The notes beneath the pieces are model-generated. The model saw only the letters and a list, made by a program, of their open reading frames with translations. It was not told the DNA's origin and ran no database searches. This document shows positions 21,658 through 35,242 of a stretch of 64,000 nucleotides of DNA, one piece after another (the first letter of the stretch is position 1; each line of letters starts with the position of its first letter). Position numbers and translations under genes: made by a program. The DNA lies in contig OZ245040.1 of the NCBI GenBank assembly GCA_965224195.1, forward strand, positions 736,001 through 800,000, in the 5' to 3' direction. This stretch comes from Nitrosopumilus sp. GTDB lineage: Archaea > Thermoproteota > Nitrososphaeria > Nitrososphaerales > Nitrosopumilaceae.

Positions 21658-22314
21658 TCACACCTTTTGTGTAAGTTCTGATTTTGGTGCAGAGTCAAAC
21701 AAAACATCATGAATAATATGTTCTGTAATTTTCATTACTCCCTCATCAGTTTTACAATTGATAAATTCAAATGGTTTTTCGTTTCTAATTTTTTGTGCAT
21801 CTCTTTTCATAATTTCAAGATCTGCTCCAACTAATGTAGCAAGATCAATCTTGTTAATCACTAAAAGATCACAACTCTCAATTCCCAATCCGCCCTTTCT
21901 TGGATATTTGTCTCCACCTGCAACATCAATTATGTAAATAAAATAATCTGCAAGAAGTGGACTGAATGTAGTTGTAATGTTGTCTCCTCCACTTTCAATA
22001 ATTATAAGGTCAAGATCAATATGCTCTGACTCTATTTCTTCTATTACTGCAAGATTCATGGAAGGATCTTCTCTGATTGCAGTATGGGGACAACCGCCTG
22101 TAGCAAGACCAATCACTAAATTTTCTGGAAGCAGTCCTCTTTTTGTAGCTAAATTATCCCTCATTCTATCTGCATCTTCTTTTGAAATCACATCATTTGA
22201 GATTATACTTACACTGTATCCCTTTTCAGCCAACATTGGAACCACCCGCTCAATTAGCATACTTTTTCCTGAACCAACAGGTCCTCCGATACCAATTCTT
22301 GCAATACGAGTCAT
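21658..22314 (-). CDS. ureG: urease accessory GTPase UreG
   Basis: [31 protein letters not shown]. Confidence 0.96.
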   Translation of the reverse strand: MTRIARIGIGGPVGSGKSMLIERVVPMLAEKGYSVSIISNDVISKEDADRMRDNLATKRGLLPENLVIGLATGGCPHTAIREDPSMNLAVIEEIESEHIDLDLIIIESGGDNITTTFSPLLADYFIYIIDVAGGDKYPRKGGLGIESCDLLVINKIDLATLVGADLEIMKRDAQKIRNEKPFEFINCKTDEGVMKITEHIIHDVLFDSAPKSELTQKV

Positions 22315-22331
22315 AACAAAAAATTCAATTT

Positions 22332-23033
22332 TTATGTAATAAACATTTTAGAATCCATTTTTTCATGAGACATTTGAACAATATCTACTTGTGGAGCAAA
22401 TTGCCACATTTCAAAAAGTGATTTATTTGAATATTCTTCAACGGTTTGACTGATAATTGGTTTTATACTGTGAATAATTTTTTGAGCATCAAAATGTTGA
22501 ATTAATCCTAATCGTAATGCTGCACCAACAATACCCACAGTAAAACCATGTAACATCATCATCATGCTTTTTTCTTTTTTAATTTTTAATGCATTACAAC
22601 AAACTGCAAATGCAACAGGAAATACACCATGTATTTTGTGTTGTGTTATATTATTTTTGTATTGATTCAAAATATTATTATCTGTTACAAATTCTGACAC
22701 ACATTTGATTAATTGAACCCCTGATCTAACTGATGCATCACGAATTTCTTTTATGGATTTTGTAGCAAACCCAATGTTATCTGCCTCAATTACTTTATCA
22801 AAATCATCTTGATTGGCACTTTCAAATGCGTTTGCAAGTGCAACACAGTCAGATGGCCCTATCTGTTGAATAATGTTAATTCGAATTAAATCTATTAAAT
22901 CATCCATACCTTGAATCTTTTTTTCTGTGAAAAGAAATTCTAACCCGTTTGATGTAGCAAAAATACCTGTAGGGAAAAATGAATCTGATAGTTGCATTAC
23001 TCCAAGCTCTTCTTCTATCTCATCAATGTCCAT
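22332..23033 (-). CDS. ureF: urease accessory protein UreF
   Basis: [16 protein letters not shown]; C-terminal HE..DSKMFIT. Confidence 0.93.
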   Translation of the reverse strand: MDIDEIEEELGVMQLSDSFFPTGIFATSNGLEFLFTEKKIQGMDDLIDLIRINIIQQIGPSDCVALANAFESANQDDFDKVIEADNIGFATKSIKEIRDASVRSGVQLIKCVSEFVTDNNILNQYKNNITQHKIHGVFPVAFAVCCNALKIKKEKSMMMMLHGFTVGIVGAALRLGLIQHFDAQKIIHSIKPIISQTVEEYSNKSLFEMWQFAPQVDIVQMSHEKMDSKMFIT

Positions 23034-23508
23034 GTATATCAGCTCCTGAATTAGGGGAAAATATTCTTTCTTCTATACTCATTTCCACATGATTAATAAT
23101 ATTCTGAAATAACTTTCTAAATACTTCTAATTCTGAATCTGCTTGAATTGGAAACAAAATCTCTTCTTTTTGAATCGATATTGGTCTATGTCGATTTCCA
23201 ATAATATGTCCTAAAAGCACCATCACCTCAACACTATGTTCAGTTTTAAGTTTAACAGAGATTACTTTTTCGGGTAATTGTTCTACAACAATTGTTGTAT
23301 CTCCATTTTTAATAACATCGCCATTGTGGAGTTTTACACCTGGATCCAAGTTTAACCCAACATCTGTACCATGATCTGTTTTTCGCCTCAAAATTCTTTT
23401 TTCCAATTCTATTCGTGAAATTTGGAGTTTCTCAAAATTTTCACTTTTTAAGTCATTAAATTCTTCATCAAGAAAAATATTTCCTATTGGAGTACTAATT
23501 TCTAGCAT
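23023..23508 (-). CDS. ureE: urease accessory protein UreE
   Basis: TDHGTDVGL, GHIIGNRH, C-terminal HGH. Confidence 0.9.
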   Translation of the reverse strand: MLEISTPIGNIFLDEEFNDLKSENFEKLQISRIELEKRILRRKTDHGTDVGLNLDPGVKLHNGDVIKNGDTTIVVEQLPEKVISVKLKTEHSVEVMVLLGHIIGNRHRPISIQKEEILFPIQADSELEVFRKLFQNIINHVEMSIEERIFSPNSGADIHGH

Positions 23509-23578
23509 GAATGACTTTATTTTTTGACTAAGTTATATTTATTAGATTCTTGTAATATTTTTAATAATTAAATACTCT

Positions 23579-23899
23579 ATGACGCTATTTAGTTCAATGA
23601 TGCTTACTCCTAGAGAATTAGAAAAATTAAATGTTTTTATTACATCAGAACTTGCCCGAAGAAGAAAAAATCGAGGACTTAAACTCAATCATCCTGAAGC
23701 TGTGTCCATTCTTGCAGACCACATATTAGAAGGCGCAAGAGATGGAAGAAACGTTCCAGAACTTATGAGTTCTGGAAAAAATGTATTATCAAAAGATGAT
23801 GTATTACCTGGTGTTTCAGAACTAATCCACACCATTCAAGTTGAAGCAACTTTTACTGATGGAACAAAATTAGTAACAGTTCATGACCCTATTGTGTGA
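23579..23899 (+). CDS. ureA: urease subunit gamma (likely start 23597)
   Basis: [33 protein letters not shown]. Confidence 0.96.
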   Translation: MTLFSSMMLTPRELEKLNVFITSELARRRKNRGLKLNHPEAVSILADHILEGARDGRNVPELMSSGKNVLSKDDVLPGVSELIHTIQVEATFTDGTKLVTVHDPIV

Positions 23900-24267
23900 G
23901 AGATATGATTCCTGGAGAATATTTTCTATCTGCTGAACCAATTACTGCTAATATTGGTAAATCAACCATACCTGTCAATGTTAAAAATACTGGAGACAGG
24001 CCTATCCAAGTTGGCTCACATACACATTTTTTTGAAACAAACAAAGCATTAGAGTTTGCAAGAAAAAAATCCTATGGGTGTCATCTCAATATTCCTTCTG
24101 GAACCTCAGTAAGATTTGAGCCAGGAGAAACAAAAGAAGTGGAATTAACAGAATTTGGTGGAAAAAGAATTGTGTTTGGATTTAGTGGACTGGTAAATGG
24201 AAAACTAAAAGACAAACAAGATGAGGCATTCAAAAAAGCTATTGAAAAAGGATTCAAGGGATTATAA
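23896..24267 (+). CDS. ureB: urease subunit beta (likely start 23905)
   Basis: [32 protein letters not shown]. Confidence 0.96.
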   Translation: MRDMIPGEYFLSAEPITANIGKSTIPVNVKNTGDRPIQVGSHTHFFETNKALEFARKKSYGCHLNIPSGTSVRFEPGETKEVELTEFGGKRIVFGFSGLVNGKLKDKQDEAFKKAIEKGFKGL

Positions 24268-24269
24268 TC

Positions 24270-25982
24270 ATGACTCTAAATATTCCAAGAAAAACATATG
24301 TTGATTTGTTTGGCCCTACAGTTGGAGATAGAATTCGTCTTGCAGATACTGATTTGATTATAGAAATTGAAAAAGACTTGAGCAAATACGGTGATGAGGT
24401 TGTATTTGGAGGAGGAAAGAGCATACGAGATGGACAGGGACAAGCAAGTGGAGTGTCTAGATCAGAATCACTTGATCTTGTAATTACAAATGCAATTGTA
24501 ATTGATCCTATTTTTGGAATTGTTAAAGCTGACATTGGAGTAAAACATGGAAAAATTGTTGGTATAGGAAATGCAGGTAATCCTGATATCATGGATGATG
24601 TTGATATGATAATATCTTCTAACACTGAGATAATTGCAGGAGAACATACAATTTGTACCCCTGGAACAGTTGATTCACACATTCATTTTATTTCTCCTCA
24701 ACAAGCCATACATGCAATTTGTAATGGTACCACTACAATGATTGGCGGTGGAACTGGCCCAGCTGATGGAACAAATGCAACTACATGTACACCAGGTAAG
24801 TGGAACATACACAGAATGATTGAATCAGTTGATGAATTACCATTGAACTTTGGATTTCTTGCAAAAGGAAATGATTCATGTGAAGTTGCATTACTTGAAC
24901 AAATTGAAGCAGGAGCTTGTGGTTTGAAATTACACGAAGATTGGGGGTCTACTCCCGCAACAATTAACTCTGCCTTGAATGTTGCAGACAAAACTGACAC
25001 TCAAGTTGCAATACATACAGATACTCTAAATGAATGTGGATTTGTTGATGATACCATTGAAGCAATTAATGGACGAACAATTCACACTTACCATACTGAA
25101 GGAGCTGGAGGAGGACATGCTCCAGATATAATGAAAATTGCTGGTGAGAAAAACATACTTCCCTCATCTACAAATCCTACAAGACCTTTTACAGTAAATA
25201 CATTAGCAGAACATCTTGACATGATGATGGTATGTCATCACCTAAACCCATCAGTACCTGAAGATGTATCCTTTGCAATGTCCAGAATTAGAGGAGAGAC
25301 AATTGCAGCAGAAGATGTACTACATGATATTGGAGTTTTGAGTATGATGTCTTCAGACAGTCAAGCTATGGGAAGAGTGGGAGAAGTCACAACTAGGAAT
25401 TGGCAGACAGCCGATAAAATGAAAAAGATGACTGGTAGTCTCCCAGAGGATAATACTCAAAATGATAATTTTAGAATAAAGAGATATCTTGCTAAAATTA
25501 CAATTAATCCAGCCATTACTCATGGAGTTTCAGATTATGTAGGCTCATTACAGCCTGGAAGATTAGCAGACATTGTAATTTGGTCTCCTAAATTCTTTGG
25601 AGTTAAACCAAAAATGATCATAAAAGGTGGTTTTATTGCATACTCACTCATGGGAGATCCTAATGCTTCAATTCCAACTACGGAACCCGTATTGTATCGT
25701 CCTATGTTTGGAGCCCTTGGCCAAACAAAATATTCCACTTCTGTAACATTCACATCTCAACTGGCATTAGACAAGGGTATTGAATCTGAAATCAATTCAA
25801 AAAAGAATTTAGTTCCTGTGAAGAACTGTCGTTTTATTGGAAAAAAAGATATGCTATACAATGATCGTACACCAAACATCGAGGTTAATTCTGAGACATA
25901 TGAAGTAAAAGTTGATGGAAAACTTGCAACTGTAGATCCTGCAGATAAAGTTTCAATTGCTAGGCTTTACAATTTATTTTAA
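24270..25982 (+). CDS. ureC: urease subunit alpha
   Basis: [37 protein letters not shown]. Confidence 0.98.
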   Translation: MTLNIPRKTYVDLFGPTVGDRIRLADTDLIIEIEKDLSKYGDEVVFGGGKSIRDGQGQASGVSRSESLDLVITNAIVIDPIFGIVKADIGVKHGKIVGIGNAGNPDIMDDVDMIISSNTEIIAGEHTICTPGTVDSHIHFISPQQAIHAICNGTTTMIGGGTGPADGTNATTCTPGKWNIHRMIESVDELPLNFGFLAKGNDSCEVALLEQIEAGACGLKLHEDWGSTPATINSALNVADKTDTQVAIHTDTLNECGFVDDTIEAINGRTIHTYHTEGAGGGHAPDIMKIAGEKNILPSSTNPTRPFTVNTLAEHLDMMMVCHHLNPSVPEDVSFAMSRIRGETIAAEDVLHDIGVLSMMSSDSQAMGRVGEVTTRNWQTADKMKKMTGSLPEDNTQNDNFRIKRYLAKITINPAITHGVSDYVGSLQPGRLADIVIWSPKFFGVKPKMIIKGGFIAYSLMGDPNASIPTTEPVLYRPMFGALGQTKYSTSVTFTSQLALDKGIESEINSKKNLVPVKNCRFIGKKDMLYNDRTPNIEVNSETYEVKVDGKLATVDPADKVSIARLYNLF

Positions 25983-25986
25983 AAAT

Positions 25987-26699
25987 TTAGTTTAATGAAA
26001 ATAATTTGTTATCTAACCCAACTGTAATTACAATGTTAAGACCTATGATGAAAGTTATACCAGATATTACATATCTTAGATATTTAGTAGCTAAACTTAT
26101 TTTTGATAATAAAATTAATGGTAATCCAATTACACTGCTAGCAACAGTCATACCAATTATACTGCCAATACCAAATAAAATCAAAAAATAAATCATCATA
26201 TCAAAACCATTCATTGTAGAGGCAACCAATGCTACAAGAGCACCGCTACCAACAATTCCATATATGCATCATATGAGATATGATTTATTCCCATGTTTAT
26301 GATCAACACTATGATTATTTGAATGGGTGTGAGAAATTCCATTTGGGTGTGTGTGGGGATGAACATATTTTTGTTTAAAGATACTTTTGTTTGCAAATGT
26401 AAAAATTCCTAAAACAATCAACATAAAACCCACAAGAACTTCTGTACTAATAAAAAAATTCTCAAGTATGTTTAATGACAAACCTGCAATCAATAAACCA
26501 ATTAAAATTATACTAGATGTGTGTCCCATTCCACTTAAAGAAGAGATTATAGTCAAACTCTTCAAGTCAGATTTTTTTGAATCACTTGGGTTGTTGCTAT
26601 TTTTTAATAGTTGAGTAGAGACAGCTAAGATAATCAGGTTCAAAAGCATGTAATAATCCAATCATCAGTCCTGCAATTATTATTAAAAAAGGTCGTCAT
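25987..26699 (-). pseudogene. UreH/NiCoT-like nickel permease, multiply frameshifted
   Basis: Fragments IIIAGLMIGLLHAFEPD, GMGHT, His-rich HPHTHPNGISHTH, FGIGSIIGM occur in different frames. Confidence 0.8.
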
Positions 26700-26747
26700 A
26701 TTTAGGAACTATAACATTAAATAACTTGTATATATTAATTAAAATAC

Positions 26748-28736
26748 TTGGTTAGGAAAATTGTGCTATCCATATTTATTTTATTCTTTGTTACTGTAAT
26801 AATGCTTGCAGGAATTCCGCAAACTGTTTTTGCAGCAGGAGCAATTTCAGAAGGATTTGCAATAGGTGAGGCTTTACCTGAATGGATAGGCTGGGCTGTT
26901 GTTGTAGGTCTTGGCGCAGTATTTGCAGTAATTATTACAATTGAAGTAAAAATTGAAGAAAAGTATCTTGGTCTTAACCAGACATCTGAGATGTTTAACA
27001 CTGCTGGACGAACCATCAAAACTGGCCTTACTGCAGCTGCAATTGTTTCAGCCTGGACATGGGCAGCCACTCTTCTACAATCATCTACTGTAGCTTATCA
27101 ATATGGAATTAGTGGTCCATTCTGGTATGCTGCAGGTGCATCAATTCAAGTCTTATTGTTTGGTATTTTAGCTATTGAACTAAAACGTAAAGCACCAAAT
27201 GCACACACTTTTCTTGAAATTATTCGTGCAAGATATGGTAACGGTTCTCACAAAGTCTTCCTAGTATTTGCATTAATGACTAACATGATTGTAACTGCTA
27301 TGTTGTTGTTAGGAGGTTCAGCAGTTGTCAATGGTCTAACTGGTATGGATATTTCATTGGCAGCTTTCTTAATTCCTATTGGAGTAATGATTTACACTTT
27401 AGTTGGTGGATTAAAAGCAACTTTCGTTGCAGATTACATGCATACTATAATTATATTTGTTGTAATCTTGACATTTGTTGCAGCCGTATATGTCAACCAA
27501 GATATTACTGGTGGTATAGAGGGAATGTACGAAAAACTTGTTGCAGCGGCTGACCTGCGTCCGATTGATGGCAATACTGCAGGGGCATTTCTTACTATGG
27601 CATCAATTGGAGGTCTAATGTTTGGTATCATTAACATTGTTGGAAACTTTGGGACAGTATTTGTTGATCAAGCATACTGGCAGAGAGCTATCGCTGCAAA
27701 ACCTTCTTCTACTGTTAAGGGATTCTTACTTGGAGGTGCATGTTGGTTTGCTATTCCATTTACTTTAGCCACAACAATGGGGTTGACTGCTGTGGCGCTT
27801 GATGTAGATTTAACTCCAGCTCAGGTTCAACTGGGATTGGTAGTTCCAGCTGCTGCAACTGCATTAATGGGTGAATTAGGTGCTATTATGGTTCTTACTA
27901 TGTTATTTATGGCAGTAACTTCTGCTGGATCTGCTGAACTAATTGCAGTTTCATCAATTATCACTTATGATATTTATCGGACGTATAGGAATCCAAATGC
28001 TTCAGGTAAAAAGCTAGTAAAAATATCTAGGATGGCTATTGTTGGCTTTGGTATTGGAATGGGCGGTTTGGCTGTGTTACTATTACATATGGGATTGAGT
28101 CTTGGCTTTGTCTACTTGGCAATGGGTATTATCATTGGTGCTGCTGTAATTCCAATTGCTCTGACAATACTTTGGAAGAGAACCAATAGAATTGCTGCTA
28201 CAGCAGGTGCAGTGATTGGTCTAATGGTCGCAATAAGTACTTGGATTATTACAGCAGCTTCATTACCCGAATTTGGTGGAGAAATTAATCTTGCAAGTCT
28301 TGGTCACAATTATTCTATGTTGTTTGGGAATGTTGCTGGAATTTTGACTGGTGGTGCAATTGCACTATTTGGAAGTCTTGGTAGGAAAAGTACCTTTGAA
28401 TGGAATGATCTCAAAGATAAGATTACTCTTGTCGAAGTAAGTGCTGTACAATCTGAACTGACTAGCGAAGATGAAAAAACTCTAAAAAAGGCTTTCAAGT
28501 TTAGTCTAAAAGGTGGCGGTATCATGACATTGATATTAATTATCGCATGGCCAGTCCCCTTAATCGTATCAGGCCATGTCTTTGATTTGTTGTCTTATGG
28601 TGTCTGGGTCGGAATATCTATAACTTGGGTAAGTATTGCATCAGCCATCATTATCTTCTTGCCAATCATTGAAGCAAGAAAAGGTATTTCCCAAGTGATT
28701 CGTGGCAAAAAGGCAACGGCTGGAGAAAGTAATTGA
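26748..28736 (+). CDS. sodium:solute symporter, DUR3-like urea active transporter
   Basis: SAWTWAATLLQSS, NFGTVFVDQAYWQRAIAA, GGLKATF; adjacent to the urease cluster. Confidence 0.92.
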   Translation: MVRKIVLSIFILFFVTVIMLAGIPQTVFAAGAISEGFAIGEALPEWIGWAVVVGLGAVFAVIITIEVKIEEKYLGLNQTSEMFNTAGRTIKTGLTAAAIVSAWTWAATLLQSSTVAYQYGISGPFWYAAGASIQVLLFGILAIELKRKAPNAHTFLEIIRARYGNGSHKVFLVFALMTNMIVTAMLLLGGSAVVNGLTGMDISLAAFLIPIGVMIYTLVGGLKATFVADYMHTIIIFVVILTFVAAVYVNQDITGGIEGMYEKLVAAADLRPIDGNTAGAFLTMASIGGLMFGIINIVGNFGTVFVDQAYWQRAIAAKPSSTVKGFLLGGACWFAIPFTLATTMGLTAVALDVDLTPAQVQLGLVVPAAATALMGELGAIMVLTMLFMAVTSAGSAELIAVSSIITYDIYRTYRNPNASGKKLVKISRMAIVGFGIGMGGLAVLLLHMGLSLGFVYLAMGIIIGAAVIPIALTILWKRTNRIAATAGAVIGLMVAISTWIITAASLPEFGGEINLASLGHNYSMLFGNVAGILTGGAIALFGSLGRKSTFEWNDLKDKITLVEVSAVQSELTSEDEKTLKKAFKFSLKGGGIMTLILIIAWPVPLIVSGHVFDLLSYGVWVGISITWVSIASAIIIFLPIIEARKGISQVIRGKKATAGESN

Positions 28737-29254
28737 CTTCTTGCACTGGTTGCAATATACCTCTAGGTTGGAAAAAATATAATTTTCAAAAACAGTGGCG
28801 TGTTCGTGGATACTTTTGCAAAAATTGTATGAATAAAATAGGTCAAGATTTTGATAGTAATGGAAAAATTACAATTCCTAAAAGAACATGTGATTCTTGT
28901 AATCAAGAATTCTTTTTCTTAACTACAACTTGGCAGGACAAACAACGACATCGCTGTTGTAATGTTTGTAAAGATCTTAGTTTTACTGAATCATCAAGAT
29001 ATGATTTATTGCCTCTAATTCCTAGCAGAATTCCAATCATGATGGCCATCTTTGCATGTTTTGGTATATTGTTAATGATTGTTGGATTTGTGTATGTTTT
29101 GTTAGTGGCTCCGCAACAAGATTCTAACATACTGCATATAATCATAGGTAGTTCTATGACTGGTGCTGGGTTTATGTTGGCAAGAAAAATGGTTAAAATT
29201 CGTAACATACTTTTGGGAAAAACTCTACAGATCCAATCTGATGATCTAAAATAA
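28733..29254 (+). CDS. Zn-finger membrane protein
   Basis: Four CxxC pairs plus two C-terminal TM segments; overlaps the transporter stop codon. Confidence 0.7.
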   Translation: MTSCTGCNIPLGWKKYNFQKQWRVRGYFCKNCMNKIGQDFDSNGKITIPKRTCDSCNQEFFFLTTTWQDKQRHRCCNVCKDLSFTESSRYDLLPLIPSRIPIMMAIFACFGILLMIVGFVYVLLVAPQQDSNILHIIIGSSMTGAGFMLARKMVKIRNILLGKTLQIQSDDLK

Positions 29255-29638
29255 TTTTTTCCACTTCCCAAAAATTCTTATTCTTTTTTGTATATTGAAT
29301 TATTATGAGAACAAGTGATCCAAAATATAGAAAATACATGTTTGCGTTGATTGGTATATGTGCTGCAATAATATTATTAGTAAATATGTGATATGCTATT
29401 ACTACTATACTGCAGTATAAGCGGGAATGATAAAGCATAAAAAATACAAATAATCTAAAAATACATTATAATTCTTTGAATTATTTAAATATGATTACAC
29501 ATAACCTATGAAGAAATGTTTAATTAATTTAATCATAAATGAATATTATATTTAATTGATTATCAGCATATCAATAAAGTTAAGAAAACTATTTGACCAA
29601 AGTTTAATATAGTTAATTCTAATTTTATCGATCGAACG

Positions 29639-31756
29639 ATGACTGCTGTGAAGAAAATTTTTGAAGAAATTATTTTAACAGATCACAAGGTCATTACTGA
29701 AGAAACATCAAAATCTATTCTCAAAACTTATGGAGTTAAAGTTCCACCTTATGCACTTGCTACTTCTGTGGATGATGCAGTAAAACAAGCAAAAAAAATT
29801 GGATTTCCTCTTGTAATGAAAGTAGTGTCTCCACAAATTTTACACAAAACTGATGTTGGTGGAGTAAAAGTTGGAATTGATAATGTCAATGATGTAAAAA
29901 AGACCTTCAATGACATGTATGGTCGTCTTTCTAAAAAGAAAGGTGTTGAAGTTAAAGGAATTCTTTTGGAAAAAATGGCTCCAAAGGGTGTCGAACTAAT
30001 TGTAGGTATTCAAAATGATCCACAATTTGGTCCAATGATTATGGTTGGATTAGGTGGCGTAATGACTGAAATTTTTAAAGATGTTGCATTTAGAATGTTA
30101 CCAATCACTACATCTGATGCAAAATCCATGATAAATGAACTCAAAGGTTCTAAACTTCTCAAAGGTTTCAGAGGTAGTGCACCAATTGATCTTAATATGG
30201 TAGCAAAAATGTTAGTCCAAATTGGAAAATTAGGCGTAGAAAATGCAGATTACATTAACAGTATAGATTTCAATCCGGTAGTCGTTTATCCGAAATCACA
30301 CTTTGTGGTTGATGCAAAAATCATTCTAAACAATCAATTGAAAAAGAATTCTATTTCAAAAGCAAAACCTATCATTACATCAATGGAGTCATTCTTTACT
30401 CCAAAATCTGTTGCCCTCGTTGGTGCATCTGCAATACCTGGAAAAATTGGTAATTCTGTATTAGATGCACTTGGAAAACAAGATTATAAAGGTAAAGTGT
30501 ATCCAATTAATCCTAAACAAAAATCAATTCTTGGAATCAAATGCTATCCATCATTAGATGCAATAACTGCAAAAGTTGATCTGGTTGTTGTTTGTATTGA
30601 TCTTTCGTTATGTGGACCAATAATGAAGACATGTGCTAAGAAAGGAATCCATAATGTTGTAATCGTTTCAGGTGGTGGTAAAGAACTTGGTGGTGATAGA
30701 GCCGCTATGGAAGCTGAAGTAAAAAAATTATCGATAAAAAACAAAATTCGTGTAATTGGTCCTAATTGTATTGGAATGTTTAATGCCGCAAATAGACTTG
30801 ATTGTGCATTTCAAGGACAAGAAAGAATGGTTCGTTCAAAATTAGGCAATGTTGCATTTTTCTCACAAAGCGGAACCATGGGAATTAGTATGTTAGAAAG
30901 TGCTGATTTGTTTGGATTATCCAAGATGATTAGTTTTGGTAATCGTTCTGATGTTGATGAAGCAGATATGATATGGTATGCTGCAAATGATCCTCAAACT
31001 AAAGTAATTGGATTATACGTTGAAGGATTTGGTGATGGAAGAAAATTCATCAATACTGCAAAACGTGTAATGAAAGAGACAAAGAAACCTATCGTTATTT
31101 GGAAGAGTGGTAGAACTGCTGCAGGTGCAAAACAAGCTGCATCCCATACAGGCTCACTTGGAGGCTCAAATGCAGTGATTATGGGTGCATTCAAACAAGC
31201 AGGAATTATTTCAGTTGATAGTTATCAAGAATTAGTTGGAGTCTTAAAGGCCCTAGCATGGCAACCTCCTGCAAAATGTAATCGTGTTGCTATGACAAGT
31301 AATGGTGCTGGTCCAATGATTGGTGGAATTGATCAATTAGAAAGAATGGGTCTTACAATAGGAAAATTATCTCCAAAAATTATGAAAAAGATTAAGGATC
31401 ATTTCCCTCCAACTGTTCCAATTCACAATGGTAATCCAGCAGATGTGGGCGGCGGTGCAACTGCAGACGACTATAGATTTGTTATCCAACAATTCTTAGA
31501 TGAAAATAATGTTGATATTGCAATGCCATGGTTTGTCTTCCAAGATGATCCACTTGAGGAAACAATTGTTGGTTATCTAGCAGAACTCTCAAGGAAAAAG
31601 AAGAAACCTATTCTTGCCGGTGGTAATGGCGGTCCATATACTGAAAAAATGATAAAATTGATTGAGAAACACAATGTTCCAGTCTATCAAGATCTTAGAA
31701 CTTGGGTTGCAGCAGCATCTGCATTAGCCCATTGGGGCAAAGTGCTCGGAAAATAG
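29639..31756 (+). CDS. 3-hydroxypropionate--CoA ligase (ADP-forming), HP/HB cycle
   Basis: ATP-grasp N-terminus (HKTDVGGV), CoA-binding GPNCIG, ASHTG phospho-His; adjacent to the crotonase as in Nitrosopumilus. Confidence 0.88.
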   Translation: MTAVKKIFEEIILTDHKVITEETSKSILKTYGVKVPPYALATSVDDAVKQAKKIGFPLVMKVVSPQILHKTDVGGVKVGIDNVNDVKKTFNDMYGRLSKKKGVEVKGILLEKMAPKGVELIVGIQNDPQFGPMIMVGLGGVMTEIFKDVAFRMLPITTSDAKSMINELKGSKLLKGFRGSAPIDLNMVAKMLVQIGKLGVENADYINSIDFNPVVVYPKSHFVVDAKIILNNQLKKNSISKAKPIITSMESFFTPKSVALVGASAIPGKIGNSVLDALGKQDYKGKVYPINPKQKSILGIKCYPSLDAITAKVDLVVVCIDLSLCGPIMKTCAKKGIHNVVIVSGGGKELGGDRAAMEAEVKKLSIKNKIRVIGPNCIGMFNAANRLDCAFQGQERMVRSKLGNVAFFSQSGTMGISMLESADLFGLSKMISFGNRSDVDEADMIWYAANDPQTKVIGLYVEGFGDGRKFINTAKRVMKETKKPIVIWKSGRTAAGAKQAASHTGSLGGSNAVIMGAFKQAGIISVDSYQELVGVLKALAWQPPAKCNRVAMTSNGAGPMIGGIDQLERMGLTIGKLSPKIMKKIKDHFPPTVPIHNGNPADVGGGATADDYRFVIQQFLDENNVDIAMPWFVFQDDPLEETIVGYLAELSRKKKKPILAGGNGGPYTEKMIKLIEKHNVPVYQDLRTWVAAASALAHWGKVLGK

Positions 31757-32554
<798 letters not shown>

Positions 32555-32611
32555 CTATTTCTAATTTCCTTCTTATTTTATTATTTAAAAAAAGTTAGAG
32601 TTTTGTCAATT

Positions 32612-33136
32612 CTACTTTACTGTAACTACTCCAACTCTCCATGGATGAAATAAACAATAGTAGTTGTATACGGCAGATTCATCAAATGTAAATTCAAATC
32701 TATCTCCTGTGTTTAATGGAGGACTATTGAACAAGTCAATTACACTTCCAAATTCATCTTGACTTTGGATATTATGTGGAACCGAATCCTCATTTGCCCA
32801 TGTTACTTTGGTATTTGTATTAATTTCAAGATTCAATGGCAAGTAAAACCCACTACCAGAAATATCAAAATTTCCATTGGGAATGATTATTTGAGATTCC
32901 ATCATTTCTGAAATAATAATGGTATCTAGTACAATAACTCCCGTGTCAATCAAGAATTTAATGGCATTAAAAAATTCTGATTCTGAAATGTCTCCTTGAC
33001 TATACCATAGTGCGTTATTTTTAACCCATTCTGGAACTGATTCTGCAACTGCATCGTTGATGGTAAATGAAACTAAAAGAATTGAAAATATTGTAGTTAA
33101 AATTGATATTTTTACTAAATTTTGTTTCATACGCAC
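32612..33136 (-). CDS. secreted cupredoxin (plastocyanin-like blue copper protein)
   Basis: Signal peptide, VPEWVKNNALW motif, PHNI and YYCLFHPW copper ligands. Confidence 0.88.
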   Translation of the reverse strand: MRMKQNLVKISILTTIFSILLVSFTINDAVAESVPEWVKNNALWYSQGDISESEFFNAIKFLIDTGVIVLDTIIISEMMESQIIIPNGNFDISGSGFYLPLNLEINTNTKVTWANEDSVPHNIQSQDEFGSVIDLFNSPPLNTGDRFEFTFDESAVYNYYCLFHPWRVGVVTVK

Positions 33137-33167
33137 ATGTCATTTTTGAGCATTTATCAAATGTGTA

Positions 33168-33186
33168 TGCACTGCAAGACAGTGCA
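33168..33186. promoter_or_regulatory. inverted repeat TGCACTG-N5-CAGTGCA in divergent promoter (possible operator)
   Basis: Perfect 7-bp arms between the cupredoxin and wHTH regulator starts. Confidence 0.4.
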
Positions 33187-33224
33187 GTCTTGTAAATTAT
33201 ATCTAATTTTGGTCTTTTCTAATT

Positions 33225-33566
33225 ATGCAAGAATTAATCCAAACTCAAAAAATAATTGATGATTAAAGAAAACAAATTATTTTAGAAATGCTTGCTGACA
33301 AATACTGTAAGTCAATTCTACATACTATTCTAGAAAAACCAAAATCTGCAATGGAGATATCTATTGAAAAAAAAATTCCTATTAGTACTGTCTATAGAAG
33401 ATTACAAACTCTCTATGATGCAAAATTACTTGCAATTTCAGGTTCAATTAATCAAGATGGCAAGAAATATTTTTTATATAAAAGTAAAATCAAATCTATT
33501 TCAGTTCAATGTGATCTAAATGTTATATCCATTGAAATTGTTCCAAATTTGATACGTTTGGCTTAG
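33225..33566 (+). pseudogene. ArsR-like winged-helix regulator with premature stop
   Basis: MQELIQTQKIIDD*RKQIILEMLADKYC...IPISTVYRRLQ; in-frame TAA at 33264-66. Confidence 0.7.
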
Positions 33567-33581
33567 AATTGGTTAATATCA

Positions 33582-34198
33582 TATGGAATTCAAATTATAA
33601 TGAAAGAAAATTTGGTTGCATCAAAAAGACAAATACATTCTTCAAAAAAAGAAACAACTCGAAGTATAACTTATCGTCTTCCTGAAAAATTAGTTAATGA
33701 ATTAGAAACTGAAGTTACCCAAAAAGTATTTCTCAAAATGTTTTGGTGAGGCAAATTCTTGATAAGTATGTTCAATGGGATAGATTTTCAAATAAGATAG
33801 ATATGATTCCAGTTCCAAAAGGAATTTTGGAATTTTTAGGTGAAGAATTGGATGGTAGAGATATTGATGAAATAATAAATATTGTATTCCCAATGATTAA
33901 AGATTCTGTTATGTTTGTTAAAGGTGGATATGATTTGAAAAGATGTATTGAAACTCTTGAGGATTACATGAAAGCCTCTGGTATGAATTCAGATCATAGG
34001 GTAGAAGGTGATGTACACTCATTTCTTATTCAACATGATTTGGGAATGAAGTGGTCTGTTTTTACAGAACAATTACTTTCTCAAGTTTTTCGTAGTTTTT
34101 TACCGGATAAAGATCTTAAATTCCAAACCACTGATTCTACTGTAATTCTATCCGTATCATTAGGTTCTGATTTTAATGAACATGATTATCAAAACTGA
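33582..34198 (+). pseudogene. thaumarchaeal RHH-type regulatory protein, frameshifted
   Basis: TRSITYRLPEKLVNELE in one frame joins VRQILDKYVQWDRF in another near 33725. Confidence 0.65.
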
Positions 34199-34242
34199 AA
34201 TTCAATTTATCATTTGAAATACTCCTTTTCGTATTATTATTC

Positions 34243-34644
34243 AATGAATTCCCCTGAGCATACTCAACAAAAAATAATGGTCAAACATGTCATGACTAAT
34301 TCTGTTGTATCGATTGATTCAACTGCAACTGCTACTGACGCAGCCAAGATGATGGAATATGTTGGAGTTGGGGCAATTGTAGTTTTACAAAATAATTCAC
34401 CTGTTGGAATTATTACTGATAGATATTTTACAATAAAAATTACTGCTCATTCTTATCCTATTGATACCCTTGTTAAACGAATAATGTCTCTCCTTTGATC
34501 TCAATTGATCCTAATTCCGATTTATGGGCTGCATCAGATCTTATGTCTACTCAAAATGTTAGAAAATTACCTGTTATTGAATATGACAAAGTTGTTGGAA
34601 TATTAACTTTAAGTGATTTAGTCAAGCATATTACAGATCACTGA
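34243..34644 (+). pseudogene. CBS-domain protein, frameshifted
   Basis: VKHVM...VGIITDR...VKRIMS, then a shift near 34490 to PLISID...VRKLPV...VVGILTLSDLV. Confidence 0.75.
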
Positions 34645-34734
34645 AAATACTGTAGATAATCTCTAATTCAGTAAACTACTACTATATCAGGTGGGAAAAG
34701 ATTATTATAATTTGAATCAGCATTTTTATTCATA

Positions 34735-35085
34735 ATGGCAACTGAGCAAACACAAAAGATGGTCACAGTTACCGCAAAAGCAGCTGAAAAAATTCATGAA
34801 TTCATGAAAGAAGAAGCAGAATCACCTGAATACCTTAGAGTATATGTTCAAGGCGGTGGTTGTTCTGGTCTATCTTATGGAATGGGTTTTGAAAAAGTAC
34901 CAGAAGAAGATGACATTGTCTTAGAAGAGAATGGAGTCAAACTTCTTGTTGACAGCTACAGTGTTGATCATCTGCAAGGTGCAAACGTAGACTATATTGA
35001 AAGCCTAATGGGCTCAGGATTTAAAATTAACAATCCAAATGTTACAAAATCCTGTTCATGTGGTTCCTCATTTAGCACTGAATAA
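34735..35085 (+). CDS. erpA: A-type Fe-S cluster insertion protein (ErpA/IscA)
   Basis: GGGCSGLSY, SCSCGSSF. Confidence 0.92.
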   Translation: MATEQTQKMVTVTAKAAEKIHEFMKEEAESPEYLRVYVQGGGCSGLSYGMGFEKVPEEDDIVLEENGVKLLVDSYSVDHLQGANVDYIESLMGSGFKINNPNVTKSCSCGSSFSTE

Positions 35086-35242
35086 ACAAAAGCATTATTT
35101 TTCATTTTTAGATTTTTCTATAGCGTTTGCTGTACTGGATAAATTTTTGAAAAATTTTATATTTTTTAAACTATTTTTTGCGATACCCTCATATATCGCA
35201 GGTAGAGACTCAAATTATGATAATAAAGGAGATGAATAGTTT

